A stretch of DNA of 64,000 bases from Cyanophora paradoxa CCMP329. Its lineage: Eukaryota; Plantae; Glaucophyta. Positions 25,349 through 37,127 of this stretch are shown piece by piece. The first letter of the stretch is position 1. Each line of letters opens with the position of its first letter. The DNA is taken from the NCBI GenBank assembly GCA_004431415.1, contig QPMI01000159.1, positions 62,001 through 126,000 on the forward strand, given 5' to 3'. The notes beneath the pieces are model-generated. The model had not been told where the DNA came from and made no database searches. It saw nothing but the letters and a program-made list of their open reading frames with translations. The position numbers and the translations under genes are program-made.

Positions 25349-28300
25349 CTAACTCTGCGCCGCGGCGAGCCGCAGCACGAGCTCCTGCGCGCAGGGCAGC
25401 GAGAGCCAAGTCAGAACAGCGGGCTACCGCGGGGGCCCGGTGCGGAGCGGGGCGGGGCGGGGCGGGCCTGGCGGTGCGGCTGGGGGCTCTCGACAGCGAT
25501 GCGGACCCGCACGCGCTCGAAGAGGCGCAGCGCCAGCCCCTCCGACACCAGCGCCTGCTCCTCGTCCCTGGCCACGGCCCCCGCTGCGTCAGCCCGCCGC
25601 TCCTTGGAGGGTGGGGTGGGGGGTACGGGAATCGGAGCGCACAGGTAGGAGAAGAGGGGGCCCTCGGGAAGCCCCGGGCCGCCCTTCTTGGGGTCCGCCC
25701 CCTGCCTCCGCTTGGCACCCTTCACGTTCACGTTCACGATCCCCTCGAACCCGTACTAGGGAGGGAGGGGGGTATCGGAATGAAAAGAAACGAGAAAGGG
25801 ACCCGCCGGGATTCGAGCGGGGGCTCCATCGGACCTTGGGCACGAGGACGACGACGCCGTTCGAGCGGACGCGGATGACCATCGCGTCGTCCTCCACCAC
25901 CTGAGGCGATCGAGCTAGCGCTCAGGCGAACGAAGGGGCGTTCGCCCAGGCGAACGTTCGCCCGCCCGCTCGCTTGCCTTGCCCCGGAAGAAGATGAGTG
26001 TGTGGAGCTGCACAGAGGCTCGCCCCGCGCGCTGCGCCATCAGGTGCCGCCTGTTCATCACTGCGCCGGCGCCCGAGAACAAGTCAGCGAGCCGAGTCGG
26101 CGAGTCGCGTCTAAGGGTCTCGGGCCCCATCGCGGACCCTCGCAGGCCTTGCCGACGGTCTCCTTGTTCTGCAGGTGGTCCGCGAGGGACTCGAGCCCGA
26201 TGCACGCCGCCAGCAGCCGGTGCACCAGCACGTCTGACGAAAGAGGCGCCGTGAGGGGCGGCGAAGGAAGGTGGGGAGGAGCGGGGCGCGCCGGCGTATC
26301 GCCGGATGGGCGACGTGAAGTGCGTGTAGAGGGGGCACGCCTGCGGCCGAGGAACCTCAGCCCACCGGATCGAATGTTTTCGGCGCAGGCGCCGGGCGCA
26401 CGAGGCCGTAGTGGACGTAGTTCTCGCGCGCGACCTCGCCCGAAGAGAAGTACACCGCCTGGATTCGAGCCGGGGTTCGGAGGGATCGGGCGGGGCGCGC
26501 GGGAGGGGGGGGGGAGGGGGGAGGGGGGGGGGGGGGGCGATCGCGCCTGGTTCATGCAGCGCGTCGAGAGGATGCGGACGAGCTTGTTGAAGTACGGCTG
26601 GTCCTTAATCTGGGGGGGTACGGTGAGGTTGAGGGGGCGGGGGTACGCTGCGCTGTCGTCTCGGAGGGAGGGGAACGTGCGCGCACGATTGCGCGGTCCA
26701 GGGACTCGGCGAGCTCCTTGGAAGTCGAGACCTGGGTGGGGCGGGCGTTGGCGCGACCGGCACAGCAGAGGGCGGAGGCGCCGGCGCTCGCTGAGGAAAG
26801 GCGGGGCGCGGGGCGCGGGGCGGCGGAGCCTGCCTTGAGCTCGATGCCGCGGCGGCGGCAGGCGGCGACGAGCTGGTCGAAGGCGTGGGGGAAGGGCGGC
26901 GGGTGCCGCCTCAGCACCGAGCACTGCGGGAAGTGCTGCACGATCTGCCCGCACGCGAGAAGGTTAGCAGAGATGGCGGCGTCGTCGTAAGCTTAAGAGG
27001 ACGTTATTACAAGGAATCACGAGGGCAGGCTGGTGGGCACGGTATCGAAAGAATCGCAGTCAAGCATTGAGGATCGTTATACGATCTAGAAGCTCTTATC
27101 TCTTGTCTTTGTGTGGGACATCACCTTCTCGGCGACGGAGCAGTTGGCGAGGAGCATGAACTCCTCCACCAGCGAGTTCGCCTCCTTCGTCTCGTACAGC
27201 GCTGAGGGCGGGGTTGGGGGGTACGTGAGCTTTCCGGAAGGGTGGGGGTGGGGGTGGATGGGTGGGGGGATGGGTTCAGGCGCGCCCATGTCGATCGGGT
27301 CCGAGGTCTCGAGGTCGATTTCGAAGCGGACCTGGGGAGGGGGGGGGGTAAAGGGAGGGGTACCCCGCTTCCGGGGACGGGAGGTACGAGGTTCACCTCC
27401 GGGGAGGCCAGGGTAAGGGCGCCCGCCTCAATGCGTTTCCTCTTCAGCTCCTGGGGTACGATCACGAAAAGAGGGGGGAGGGAATGAGGAGGGGCCGGGG
27501 TACCTTGGCGAGCCTGTTCAGGTTGCGTATGTCCTGCGTCAGGTCGCTCTTGTCCTTCCTGCACCCGGTCCGACCGTCAGCCGACTGAGAGCGGGGCCCG
27601 AGAAGGAAGGGAGGAGGCGGGGCGCGCGGGTCGTCCATGCGGTTCTGGGCCTCGCCATAGCTCAGCGCCGCCACCGATTTGATCACCGCCTGCCGCCCCG
27701 CCTCAGAAGAGGGGAGGGGGGGGGGCGGGGGGGTGCGCCCGCCTTGAAGAACTCGACGCGGACGATGTCGGCCTTGGGCGTGAGCTCCTGCGGGGGGGAA
27801 GGAAGAAGGGGTACGCTCGGCGGGGCTGCAGGAAAGGAGGGGAGGCGGCGGCGGGGTGGCGCGCCCAGACGACGGAGAAGGTGAGGCGGTCCCTCTGCCC
27901 CACCAGCGAACAGATGTCTGCGGGCGGGGGCGAGCGGGCGGGCGATCGTTAGGCCCCACGCGTCTCGCCTAGACCTGACGCGTAGCGCGCGAGCGAGCTA
28001 GGGGCGGGTGCCGTGCGGTCCAAGTCTAGGTCTAGGTTCGCTTCTTCTTCTTCTCGACCTAGATCTGGACCGCTTCATCTTCGCGCGCACCGGTGGTGAG
28101 CTGCTCGGGGAGCATGTCGATGCGGCGCCCGACGAGGTACACCGACGTCGAGCGCGCCGCCCCCTCCACGTCCAGCGCCGTCCCCGCCTGCCCGAGCGAG
28201 GCGCGTAGGCTTAGGGGCTTAGGCTTAGGGGCCGCCTGGGCGCGCGGGCGGGCGCGCCTTGACGAAGTGGGAGACGTCGGCGATGTCTTGGGGGGGCGGG

Positions 28301-30811
28301 TACACCGGTCGAGGGGCGCAGCGCGGGCGGGAGGGAGAGACAGGGGGGCGGGGGAGGGCAGCGCTGCGCCGCGGCGCGCGCACGCGGGGCGACAAGGATA
28401 CGGACACCGACCTGAGGGGGGAAAAGGAAACGAAGGGCGTCAGCGAGGAAAGCGCGGTGAAACGAGCGGACGGTCGGGCGGGCGGACCTCGAAGTTGCCG
28501 TTGGGGAGGGCGCGGCAGTGCAGCGCGTCGTCGATGTCCTTGCAGCCTTCGGAGGGCAGCCGTCGACGTCGGTTGGAGAGGGGGCGCGGGGCGCGGGGCG
28601 CGGGCCGGACGCACCGGGCGGGTCGATGGAGCAGACGCGGAGGCCCCGCAGGTCCTGTACCCCCCACCCTCCTATCAGCTCTGGCTCGGAACGGGAGGAG
28701 GGCGGGCGGGCGGGCAGGCGCCTTCCGGGCGGAGAGGTCCTCGTTCTCGATGCGCCAGGGCGCCTTCGGGAGGCACGCCATGCAATCCTCGCTGCGCGCG
28801 CGCGCGAGGTTACGAAGGGAGGAAGAGATGGGGGGTACGGGGCGATGCGGGGCGGGGGGACCTGAAGGGGTGTACGGGGATGTCGTTCTCGTGCAGGAGA
28901 ACCTCCGTCTCGGCGGCCTGAGGAGGGGGTACGGCGTCAGAGAAGGTGTGTACGGGGTACCCGCTACGGGAAAAAGGGGCGGGAGGGAGCGCACCTTGTC
29001 TCCGATGGGTCCGATGATGCGCACGTAGTGGCCGGAGGGGTACCTGCAACGCGACCGCCCGCTCGGATTCGGGGAGGAGGGGTACATTAACAACTGCGCG
29101 CCTGGAGTGGCGGTCCCAGCCGTCGATGGATACGACAATGCGCTTGCCCGCCAGCAGCGACGACTGCCGCGTGTGGATCCGGATCTGCGAGGGCGTACAC
29201 ATAATGAGGACCCGGTCGCGGGAAGGGGGCGAGCGGGGGGTACGTGGCGCGCCTTCGGGATCTTGCGGTCGACGGCCACGAAGAGGACCTGCGCGCGCGG
29301 GGATTCGAACCAGCGACGCTCGCGCGGGCGGGGTACGGGCTCCGCGCCTTCTCGCCCCGCGGGGGGTTCCCGTCCGCGTCCGTCTCGATGGAGCCGCAGT
29401 ACCTGCCGGGCGACGGACCGTGGGCCGGGGGGGGGGTACGTCCACGCAGAGGGGGGGTACGCCGCGTCGCGCCGCGCACGGGCGCCAGTTGCGCTTGATG
29501 ACGCCCAGGACGCGCCCCGTGGGCTGCTTCTCGCCCGAGGGCGCGATCCCGACGCCTTCGATCGGCTCCGCCTGCTCGTCCTTCTTGCCCTTCGCCGCCC
29601 CCGCCGCAGCCTTCGGCTTGGCCGCCCCTTTCTCCTTCCCCCCCGCCTTCTCCTTCTCGCCCCCGGCCTCCCCCGCCGCCTCGTCCTCCTCCTCATCCTC
29701 GTCGTTGTCTGCCGCGCTCTCGTTCAGGGGGTACGGCATCGTCTGGAGGGTGGGGGGGTAGCGCGCGCACCCACGGCGAGGCGGTCCGAGGGGGCCCTCC
29801 ACTGCGACTCGGGCAGCAGCTGCGGGTGCGGGTCGGGTCGCCGGGGGGTACGCGGGCGGGGCTCGGGGGATGGGGGGTACGTGCGCACCTGGACCGCGAC
29901 GACGTCCCCGTCGATCGCGCGGTTCAGATCCTCGCGGCCCCGAATCAGGATGTCCTTGTCCAGATCTGGATGTACCCGACCCCGCTCGAGGGGGTACGGC
30001 TCGCAGAGCGGGCTGGGGGTACGCGAATCGCGCACCCTGGGCGAAAAGGTACCCCTCGAAGCAGTTGTAGGGGTTCATACGAAGTGATCCCTGGTAAACG
30101 TTGCCCGCCTTGACGCGCTCCGCGATCTCGGAGGGGCTGAGGTGCTGCGGGGCGCACCCTCAGGCCAGGCGCCGGCGCAGCGGGGTACGCGATGCGGGCG
30201 CGGGTCCTCCCACCTCGGGGTACAGGCACTTGCGCTTTCCAGGCCGCGTATCCCCCTCCTGCTCTTCCACCGCCTGCACTGGGGCCTCAACGGGGTGCGG
30301 AGAGTAAGGGAGGGGATGGCGGGGGGTACGGGGCCCGCCTCGCCGTCGCCGTCGCCGCCGGCGCGGGCCACAAGGTCGAGGAGCGCCGGGTGGTCCGTCA
30401 ACGATTTCACGTACTCCAGCACTGGTGGGGCGCGTCGGCTTCAAGTTTGGCCGCGGCTCCCAGGCCCTGCGCAGCGTACCCGTCTGGCACTGGAGCCCCG
30501 CCTCGATCGCCTTCCGCTTGTTCCCGGCGTCGTTCGTGATCAAAACGACCTGCGCGCGAATCGGGTCGGTTAGCGAGGGTCCGCAGCGGAGCGCGCCGGG
30601 CGGCTCGCCTGGGGCGCGGGGTCCCTCCTCGACAAATGCTTCCCGTACCACTCCGTCGCCACGCGGATCGCTGCGCCGCCGTCGGCGCGCGCTCGAGCCG
30701 CGCTACCGCTGGGCAAGCGAGCGCGCTCGCGCACCGCGGTCGTTCCTGTCGTTCGCGCTCTCGCTCGGCTGCTGCTCCACGTACGTCTCCCTGCGCTCGC
30801 CCCGGGCGGCT

Positions 30812-30846
<35 letters not shown>

Positions 30847-31423
30847 CAGCGGCGGAGCGCGGGCGTCCGCACCGGTGGTGCTCGTTGGAGAAGAGGTGGA
30901 AGTGCTTCGCGGCGTCCCCGAGGGCCGTGCGCAGGCGGTTGTACGTGCTCATGTTGAGGTTCTTCGTCTCCTGCAGCACCGTCTGCAGCACGATCACGTT
31001 CGTCCCCGCCGGCAGGTTCTCCACGACGTCCATCTGCGACGCGGGCGCTGCCTCAGCCGCGCCTGGCCCAGGGGCTGGCAGCGGCGGCGCGATCGGCTCC
31101 GGGGACAGCCCGAGCGGAGCCCGGGGGTCGAGTGCAGCGCAGCCGTAGCATCGCTCATGCGTAGCTAAGCGCCGCAGGCCCGGCGGCAGCGCCGGGGCAC
31201 CGCGAGTGTGCCTGCGCAGCGCGGAGCGAACCTGGTGGATGATCACATTCGTGTCGAGGAGCACGTAGGCGTTGGCCGTCGCATTGAGCTTCGGGGTCTC
31301 GTTCTTGCAGTCGCTGCAGCCCTGCACGCCGCAGTAGATGTCGTCGCGCAGGTAGTGCTCTCGCACGACCTTGACGACGTTCCCCTTGCGCGTGCGCTTT
31401 GCGAACGCCTTGTTGATCTGCAT
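25349..31423 (-). CDS. DIS3: Exosome catalytic subunit DIS3/RRP44 (PIN + CSD + RNB + S1), many short introns
   Basis: [117 protein letters not shown]; last exon ELVLRLAAAQS*. Confidence 0.97.
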
Positions 31424-31795
31424 CGATCCCCGCGCTCCCCTTTGCGAGCTGCGAAGCTGGTTCTAGGCTTCGCTGCCTGCCGGGTACACTGAAATTGGAC
31501 AGCTGCAGCAGCGCGGCCGCTTCCGAGCGTACGGCGTGCTGGCAGTGTGCTTGCCTTGAAGCGAGGTGCTCGCCCTTCGCCGCCGACCCACCTCGAGCGC
31601 CCGCTCCACGCGTCTCACACGCCTCGCAGAGCGCGGCCAGCTCCGAACTTCGAAAAAGCGGCGGCTTAGCTTGCAGAGGAGACAGCGGGACCGCTAGCCG
31701 AGCTGCACAGAGGTGAGGCGCTACAGCCCGAGCACGGGGCGCGGCGCGGCGAGAGCCGATCGCGCCGGCGCCGCAGGGTTAGCGCCCGGCGCGGG
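31424..31795. promoter_or_regulatory. Divergent (bidirectional) promoter region between DIS3 and NAT9-like
   Basis: Head-to-head ATGs about 370 bp apart. Confidence 0.55.
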
Positions 31796-32804
31796 ATGCG
31801 CGCCAACGCGAAACTGGTGCTCGAGGGCGCGAGCGTCCTGCTCGTGCCCTACGAGAAGGAGCACGTCGTCCAGTACAGTGCGCCCCGTTTTCGCACCGGA
31901 CGGGCCGGTGCCAGCGCTAGCCAGATCGATTCCGGGCTCCACGCGCGCTTGCGGACTGACCGGATGCGCGCTCGCGTCCGCGCCCGCCGCGCAGACCGGT
32001 GGATGCAGGACGCGACGCTGCAGGAGCTGACGGGGAGCGAGCCGCTGACGCTGGAGGAAGAGTACGAGATGCAGCGGAGCTGGCGCGAGGACGAGAAGAA
32101 GCTCACGTTCATCCTGCTCGACCCGACGCTGCCAGACACGGAGGGCACGGGCCAGCACGGCGGCGGTGCGCGGGAATTGAAGCCTTCACAGCCCCTGCGC
32201 GGCCCCTCTCCGGTCCGCTGATTCCGCGGCCGGTACCAGGCATGGCCGGGGACGTAAACGTCTACTTCCACGACTACCTGGACCCCGGCACCGGCGAGAT
32301 CGAGGTCATGGTGCCCTCCCCTCCCATCCGTACCCCCCTCCCCGGCTGCCCGGTACCCCCGCGTCCCGCCCCGACGCGGCGGATCCGGACAGGTCGCGGA
32401 GCCGCAATGCAGGCGGAAAGGCATCGCCTCCGAGGCGCTCGGCATCATGATGGTACCCCCCGCCGGCCTCAACCTGTACCCCCCAAAAAAGATCGCCCCG
32501 GCAGCACTACGGGGCGGAGGACCTGGGCGTGCAGCGCTACGAGGCGAAGATCAAGGAGCACAACGCCGCCTCGATCGCCATGTTTGAGAAGGTGGGACCC
32601 CGCGCCGTGCCCGCCGCTTCAAATTCGAATCGCATCGCTCTCGAACTCACACACGTTCCGGGTCTTTGACAGTTGGGGTACAGCTTCGTGAGCCGGTCGG
32701 AGGCGTTCGGGGAGGTGACGTACGAGTACGTGGTAACCCCCGAGGCGCGGGCCGCCCTGGCCGCCCGCTGCGCCGGCGTCAAGCGCAGGCCCTACGCCGG
32801 CTAG
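31796..32804 (+). CDS. NAT9: N-acetyltransferase 9-like GNAT protein
   Basis: [114 protein letters not shown]; stop TAG 32802-32804. Confidence 0.9.
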
Positions 32805-33174
32805 CCCCCGGCCCCGGGCCCGGGCCCCCGGGCCCTGGGCCCCCGACCCCGTCCTCCGTCTGCCGCCTGGCCCCGCCTCTCGAGCATTCATTTTGCAGCA
32901 CAGTGCAGCCGCCCACGGGCGTTTAGCCCTCCAGGGCCGCTGCTCAGGCCGTGGCCAAGCCGCCGCCGCGCAGCCGCTGAGTCATCGCAGCAGCTGAGAA
33001 TCTTGAAATCGACCTGAAATAACACTCACTCACGCACAAGAGGGGCGAGAGGAGCAGTATAATACACGGGGCCGCGGACTGCAGCGCTAGATCGAGGGGA
33101 AAAGGTGTCGGAAAAAAAGTCCTAGCTATAGCCTAGTAGGGGTACCTACACTAACGCTACGAGGGAGCTGGGGG

Positions 33175-34651
33175 CTACGCGAGCCCGAAGCGACGGGTAC
33201 GGCCTTGGAACCACAGGAGCGCGTCCCCGAACTCCCGGGTACCGAAATCCGGCCAGAACGTGTTCGCAACGTACAGCTCGGCGTACGCCGCCTGAGGGGG
33301 GGGGAGAAGTGAGCAGGGATACGGCGATTGGGCACACTAGAGGAGGGGGGGAGGGGTGGGGCGAGCGGACCTGCCAGAGGAGGAAGTTGGACAGCCGGTG
33401 CTCGCCCCCGGAGCGGATGACGAGGTCGGGGTCCGGGGTACGCGATTCGCCGGGGCCGGCGCTGGTGAAGAGGTACCCGGCGACGGTCTCCTCGGTGATG
33501 GACTCGGGGTCCAGGAGCCCGTCGCGCGCCCGCCGGGCGATCTCGCGCGCCGCGTGCGCGATCTCGTCCCGCCCTCCGTAGTTCAGGGCGATGCGGAGCT
33601 GCAGCTTGCCGTTGCCCCGCGTCCGCCGCTCCGCCGCCGCCGCCTCCCGCTGGAGCGCCGCGGGCAGCGCGCCGAGGTCCCCGGCGAACCGCACGCGGAC
33701 GCCGTTCTTGTCCAGCGCATCCATTTCGCGCGCGAGGGCCCGCGAGAAGAGCCCCATCAGGAACTCGACCTCTGCGCGCGCGCGCGCACGCGAGCCGCGT
33801 CCGGTTGGCGGGAGAGCGGCGGCGGCGGCGGCGCGGGCGGGAGCGCGGCGGAGCCGGGGTCGCACCGGCGGGTTTTCTGCTGCGGTTCTCGGTTGAGAAG
33901 GCGTAGACCGTGAGGTGCTCGACGCCCCAGGAGAGGCACGCGCGGACGATGTTGCGCAGCGCCTCCACGCCGCGCTCGTGGCCCGCGATCCGCGGCATGC
34001 CGCGCTGCCTTGCCCACCGCCCGTTGCCGTCCATGATGATCGCCACGTGCCTCGGAACGAGCTCCGGCCTGCGCCGCGCCGCTCGGGCGGTCAAGCGATG
34101 CGGATTGAATCCTGCGAGCGCATCGCAGCGGCCCACCGCAGTTCTGGGGGCATCGGGATCCGCTCTTCATCGCCGTTCGGTGCATCCGCAACCGCCGCGC
34201 TGCTGCTGGGAACCGCGGGCGGATGCGGTTCTTGTTCCCGCCGCGAAGGATGCTCGACCGGCGTCCAGACCGACGGCACGTAGTCGGTCGCGCTGACGAC
34301 GACGTCGTCCAGGAAGGGAACATCGAGGATGCGGCCTCCGAACGCGTCGTCTGGTGCAAAGTCGTTTGGCGCCTCGCAACGTGGTGCAGACGCCACGCGC
34401 GATCCCGTCCCGCGCGGCGTCGCCGGCGGGGCGGCGCGGAGAGGCGCCCTGCTGCCGACTACTGCGCTGTGCCGCAATCCTCGGTGGAAGGTCCGCGGCG
34501 GACGGGCGGGAGCAGCGATACAGGCCGCTGCCCGACGCTCTGCAGGCCGGACCGCATCGCAGCTCATCGCATCAGATCTGTCAAGCCACGATTCGGCCGC
34601 CCGCGCGGCCGCCGGTAACGCCGGGCAGCTGACGAAGCCCGCGAGATGCAT
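33175..34651 (-). CDS. Cis-prenyltransferase (UPPS/isoprenyl transferase family), probably plastid-targeted
   Basis: [75 protein letters not shown]. Long Ala/Arg/Ser-rich N-terminal extension starting MHLAGFVS. Confidence 0.93.
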
Positions 34652-35114
34652 TTCGCCCGCTCGCCGCCGCTGGTGGTTGTTCGAGCACGCGCCCGTGGAA
34701 TGCACGACCTCGGTGCGCAGTGCGCAGGCTCCTTGTCGCGTGCGGCTGCTCGGCCTTTTCCCGCTCCGATTTTCGCTCCGCGTACCCCAAGCTGCGAGAG
34801 TTGGTGTACTCCCCCGCAGAGGAAGCGGCTTTGCGGCAGGACGCCGCTGAAAGGCGCATTGGGAGCGCATCGGAAGCGCATCGGGAGCACAGCTAGTTAG
34901 GTTCGTAACGGTGCCCGGCGGCGCGCTCCACAGATCGCAACTCGCTGCGCATTCGAACCGCAGTGCGCGGCGCAAGGAATCATCGCGGGACTGACGCGCG
35001 CCCGCAGCGCAGCGCGCTGCGCGAGGCGGGCGTGGTTCGTCCCGCCGTCGTTCAAAGCAGCATCGGCGAGCACCAGCGCGGGTCGCAGCGCATGCGCGGC
35101 GCGGGCCATTCGAG

Positions 35115-37048
35115 ATGCAGCGCTTCTTGAAGTCCCGGCCAGTCCGAACGGTCTGGAGGCGCGCGGCGGCCCTCGTCCGGTTCACTCGCGGCGGCAAGCT
35201 CCTCGCCGGCTGTCTCGCCCTCGCGGCGATCGCGGCGGTGGCGTGGCTGGGCCTGTGGCTCCTCCGCCCCGAGCACCGGCACGGCGCGCAGGAGGCGTCC
35301 GCCGGCGCCCCGTCCGAGTTCGAACGGGCCGGCGAAGCCGACGGGCTGCCCCCGTCCCTCAACGCGACCGACGCGGCCGCCGCGAACGAGACGGAGCCTG
35401 TTGCGCTGCCTCCCGAGGAGCTCCCGCCCGACCCCTTTGAGGGTGCGCCGCGGCGCGGCGATGCGATGGCCCCGGCTCACGGGACGCAGCGTACCGGCCG
35501 GACCCGCCCTGGCCGCGGAGCAACGTGCAGCCGGCGGAGCTGCAGGCGGCGGGCGCGGCGCGCATCGTCGTCGGCGAGCGGGGCGCGGAGGGCGACCCGC
35601 TGCCGGCGCTCCTGCGGCGCGCCAACACCGCCGGCCTCCCCTGCCTCGCCGTCTCCGGTCCGCCGCGCCCCGCCGGGGAAGGGAAGCGCCGCTCACCCCC
35701 TCCCAGTGCCGACGACGAGCCGGGCGACATCGTACCCGTCCGCGGAGGGTACGCCGCTCTTCACGGCGCTGCTGCCGAGCCTTCTGGAGACGGCGTTCGG
35801 GGGGGACCCCGCCCACCGCACCTTCCTCCTCCTCCTCCTCGGATTCGACGCCGGCGCGCCCGCCCCCGGCCCCGCCCCCTTCCATCCCTTGACCGGCCCG
35901 CAGGCGACCCGCTCTTCGACTCGGCGGCGGCGGTCTCGCGCATGGCTTCGGCGGCGCGGGACGCGATCGGGTCGCGGCCAGCGGCGGTGCAGGTGTACCG
36001 CCTGGAGGGCCTACCCCCCGGGCACGTCGCCGCCGCCCACAACGCCCTCCTCGCGCGGGGGTACGCCGCCGGCTGCCCCCTCCTCGCCCCCCTCGAGGAC
36101 GACCTCCGCTTCCTCTCCCCGGGTACGTTCTTCTCCCCGAGCATCCCGTACCCCCTGCGCCCCGTCCGACGGCTGTACCCCGGGCGCAGGCTGGCTCCCG
36201 GCGGCGGCGGCGGCCCTGCGGGAGAACCCGATGCAGGGGGGGTACGGCGCCGTCGGGCTGAACGAGAGCCACACGGACGAGGTCGGCGAGGGCCGCTTCC
36301 ACGTCGCCCTCGTACCCCGCTCGCACTTCGAGGCGCTGGGGTACGCGTTCGACGCGAGCCTGCCGAACGCGGCGCACCGCGCGTTCCTCTCGCGCCTCTA
36401 CGAGGCCTCGGCCTCCTCCTTCTTCCTCCCCGACGCCCCCGTCGAGGACCTCTCGCGGGGGCCGGCGCCGCCCCACCCCCGGCGCTACGCCCCCGTACCC
36501 GGCCTCGAGTGGGTAGAGGACGACGTCGTCGACTTTGCGGCCCGCCGGCTCGCCGCCTGGCTCGAGGAGCGCGGCGTACCCCCCTACGACATCGCCCCCG
36601 CCCAGGGCGACACCTGGCTCGACCGGGTGCGCCTCGGGCGCCTCGGTCGCCGCGCCGCCTGGGCCGGCGGCTCGGCTCACCGCCTCCCGCCCCGCAGCAC
36701 GCGAGTCCGGAGCGGAGGCGGCGGCTGGAGGCGCAGCGGCGGGCGGAGGAGGAGAAGCGGCGGGGGGAGGAGGACAGGAGGAGGGCGGAGGAGGAGCGGC
36801 GGCGGCAGGAGGAGGAGGCGCGGGAGCACAAGAAGCTGGCGGACAGGGCGCGCGAGGAGGCCGCCGCCAAGCTCCTTGCCCGCGACGCCGAGGCCAAGGC
36901 CGAGGCCCAGCAGGAGCAGGAGAAGGCGGCCCACGACGGGGAGGCCGGGGCGCCCAAGCAGGAGGGCGCGGCTGCCCACGAGGCCGCCGCCTCCAAGGAG
37001 CAGCACCCCAGGAAGCACCGGCGCGCACACCCGCCGCCCGGCTCCTAG
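35115..37048 (+). CDS. Type II membrane protein, GT2-like glycosyltransferase domain plus E/R/K-rich coiled-coil tail
   Basis: N-terminal TM (LLAGCLALAAIAAVAWLGLWLL). Spliced core VPTTSR..PLFTALLPSLLET..LGFDAGDPLFD..HNALLARGY..LEDDLRFLSPGW..HFEALGYAF resembles GT-A-fold protist glycosyltransferases. Confidence 0.55.
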
Positions 37049-37127
37049 CTTAGCCCGCTGCTCTCTAGGCCCGAGTTTCGTTCTTTGAAGCTCTCAATAT
37101 TAATAGTAGGCACTTAGTGATATTTAG

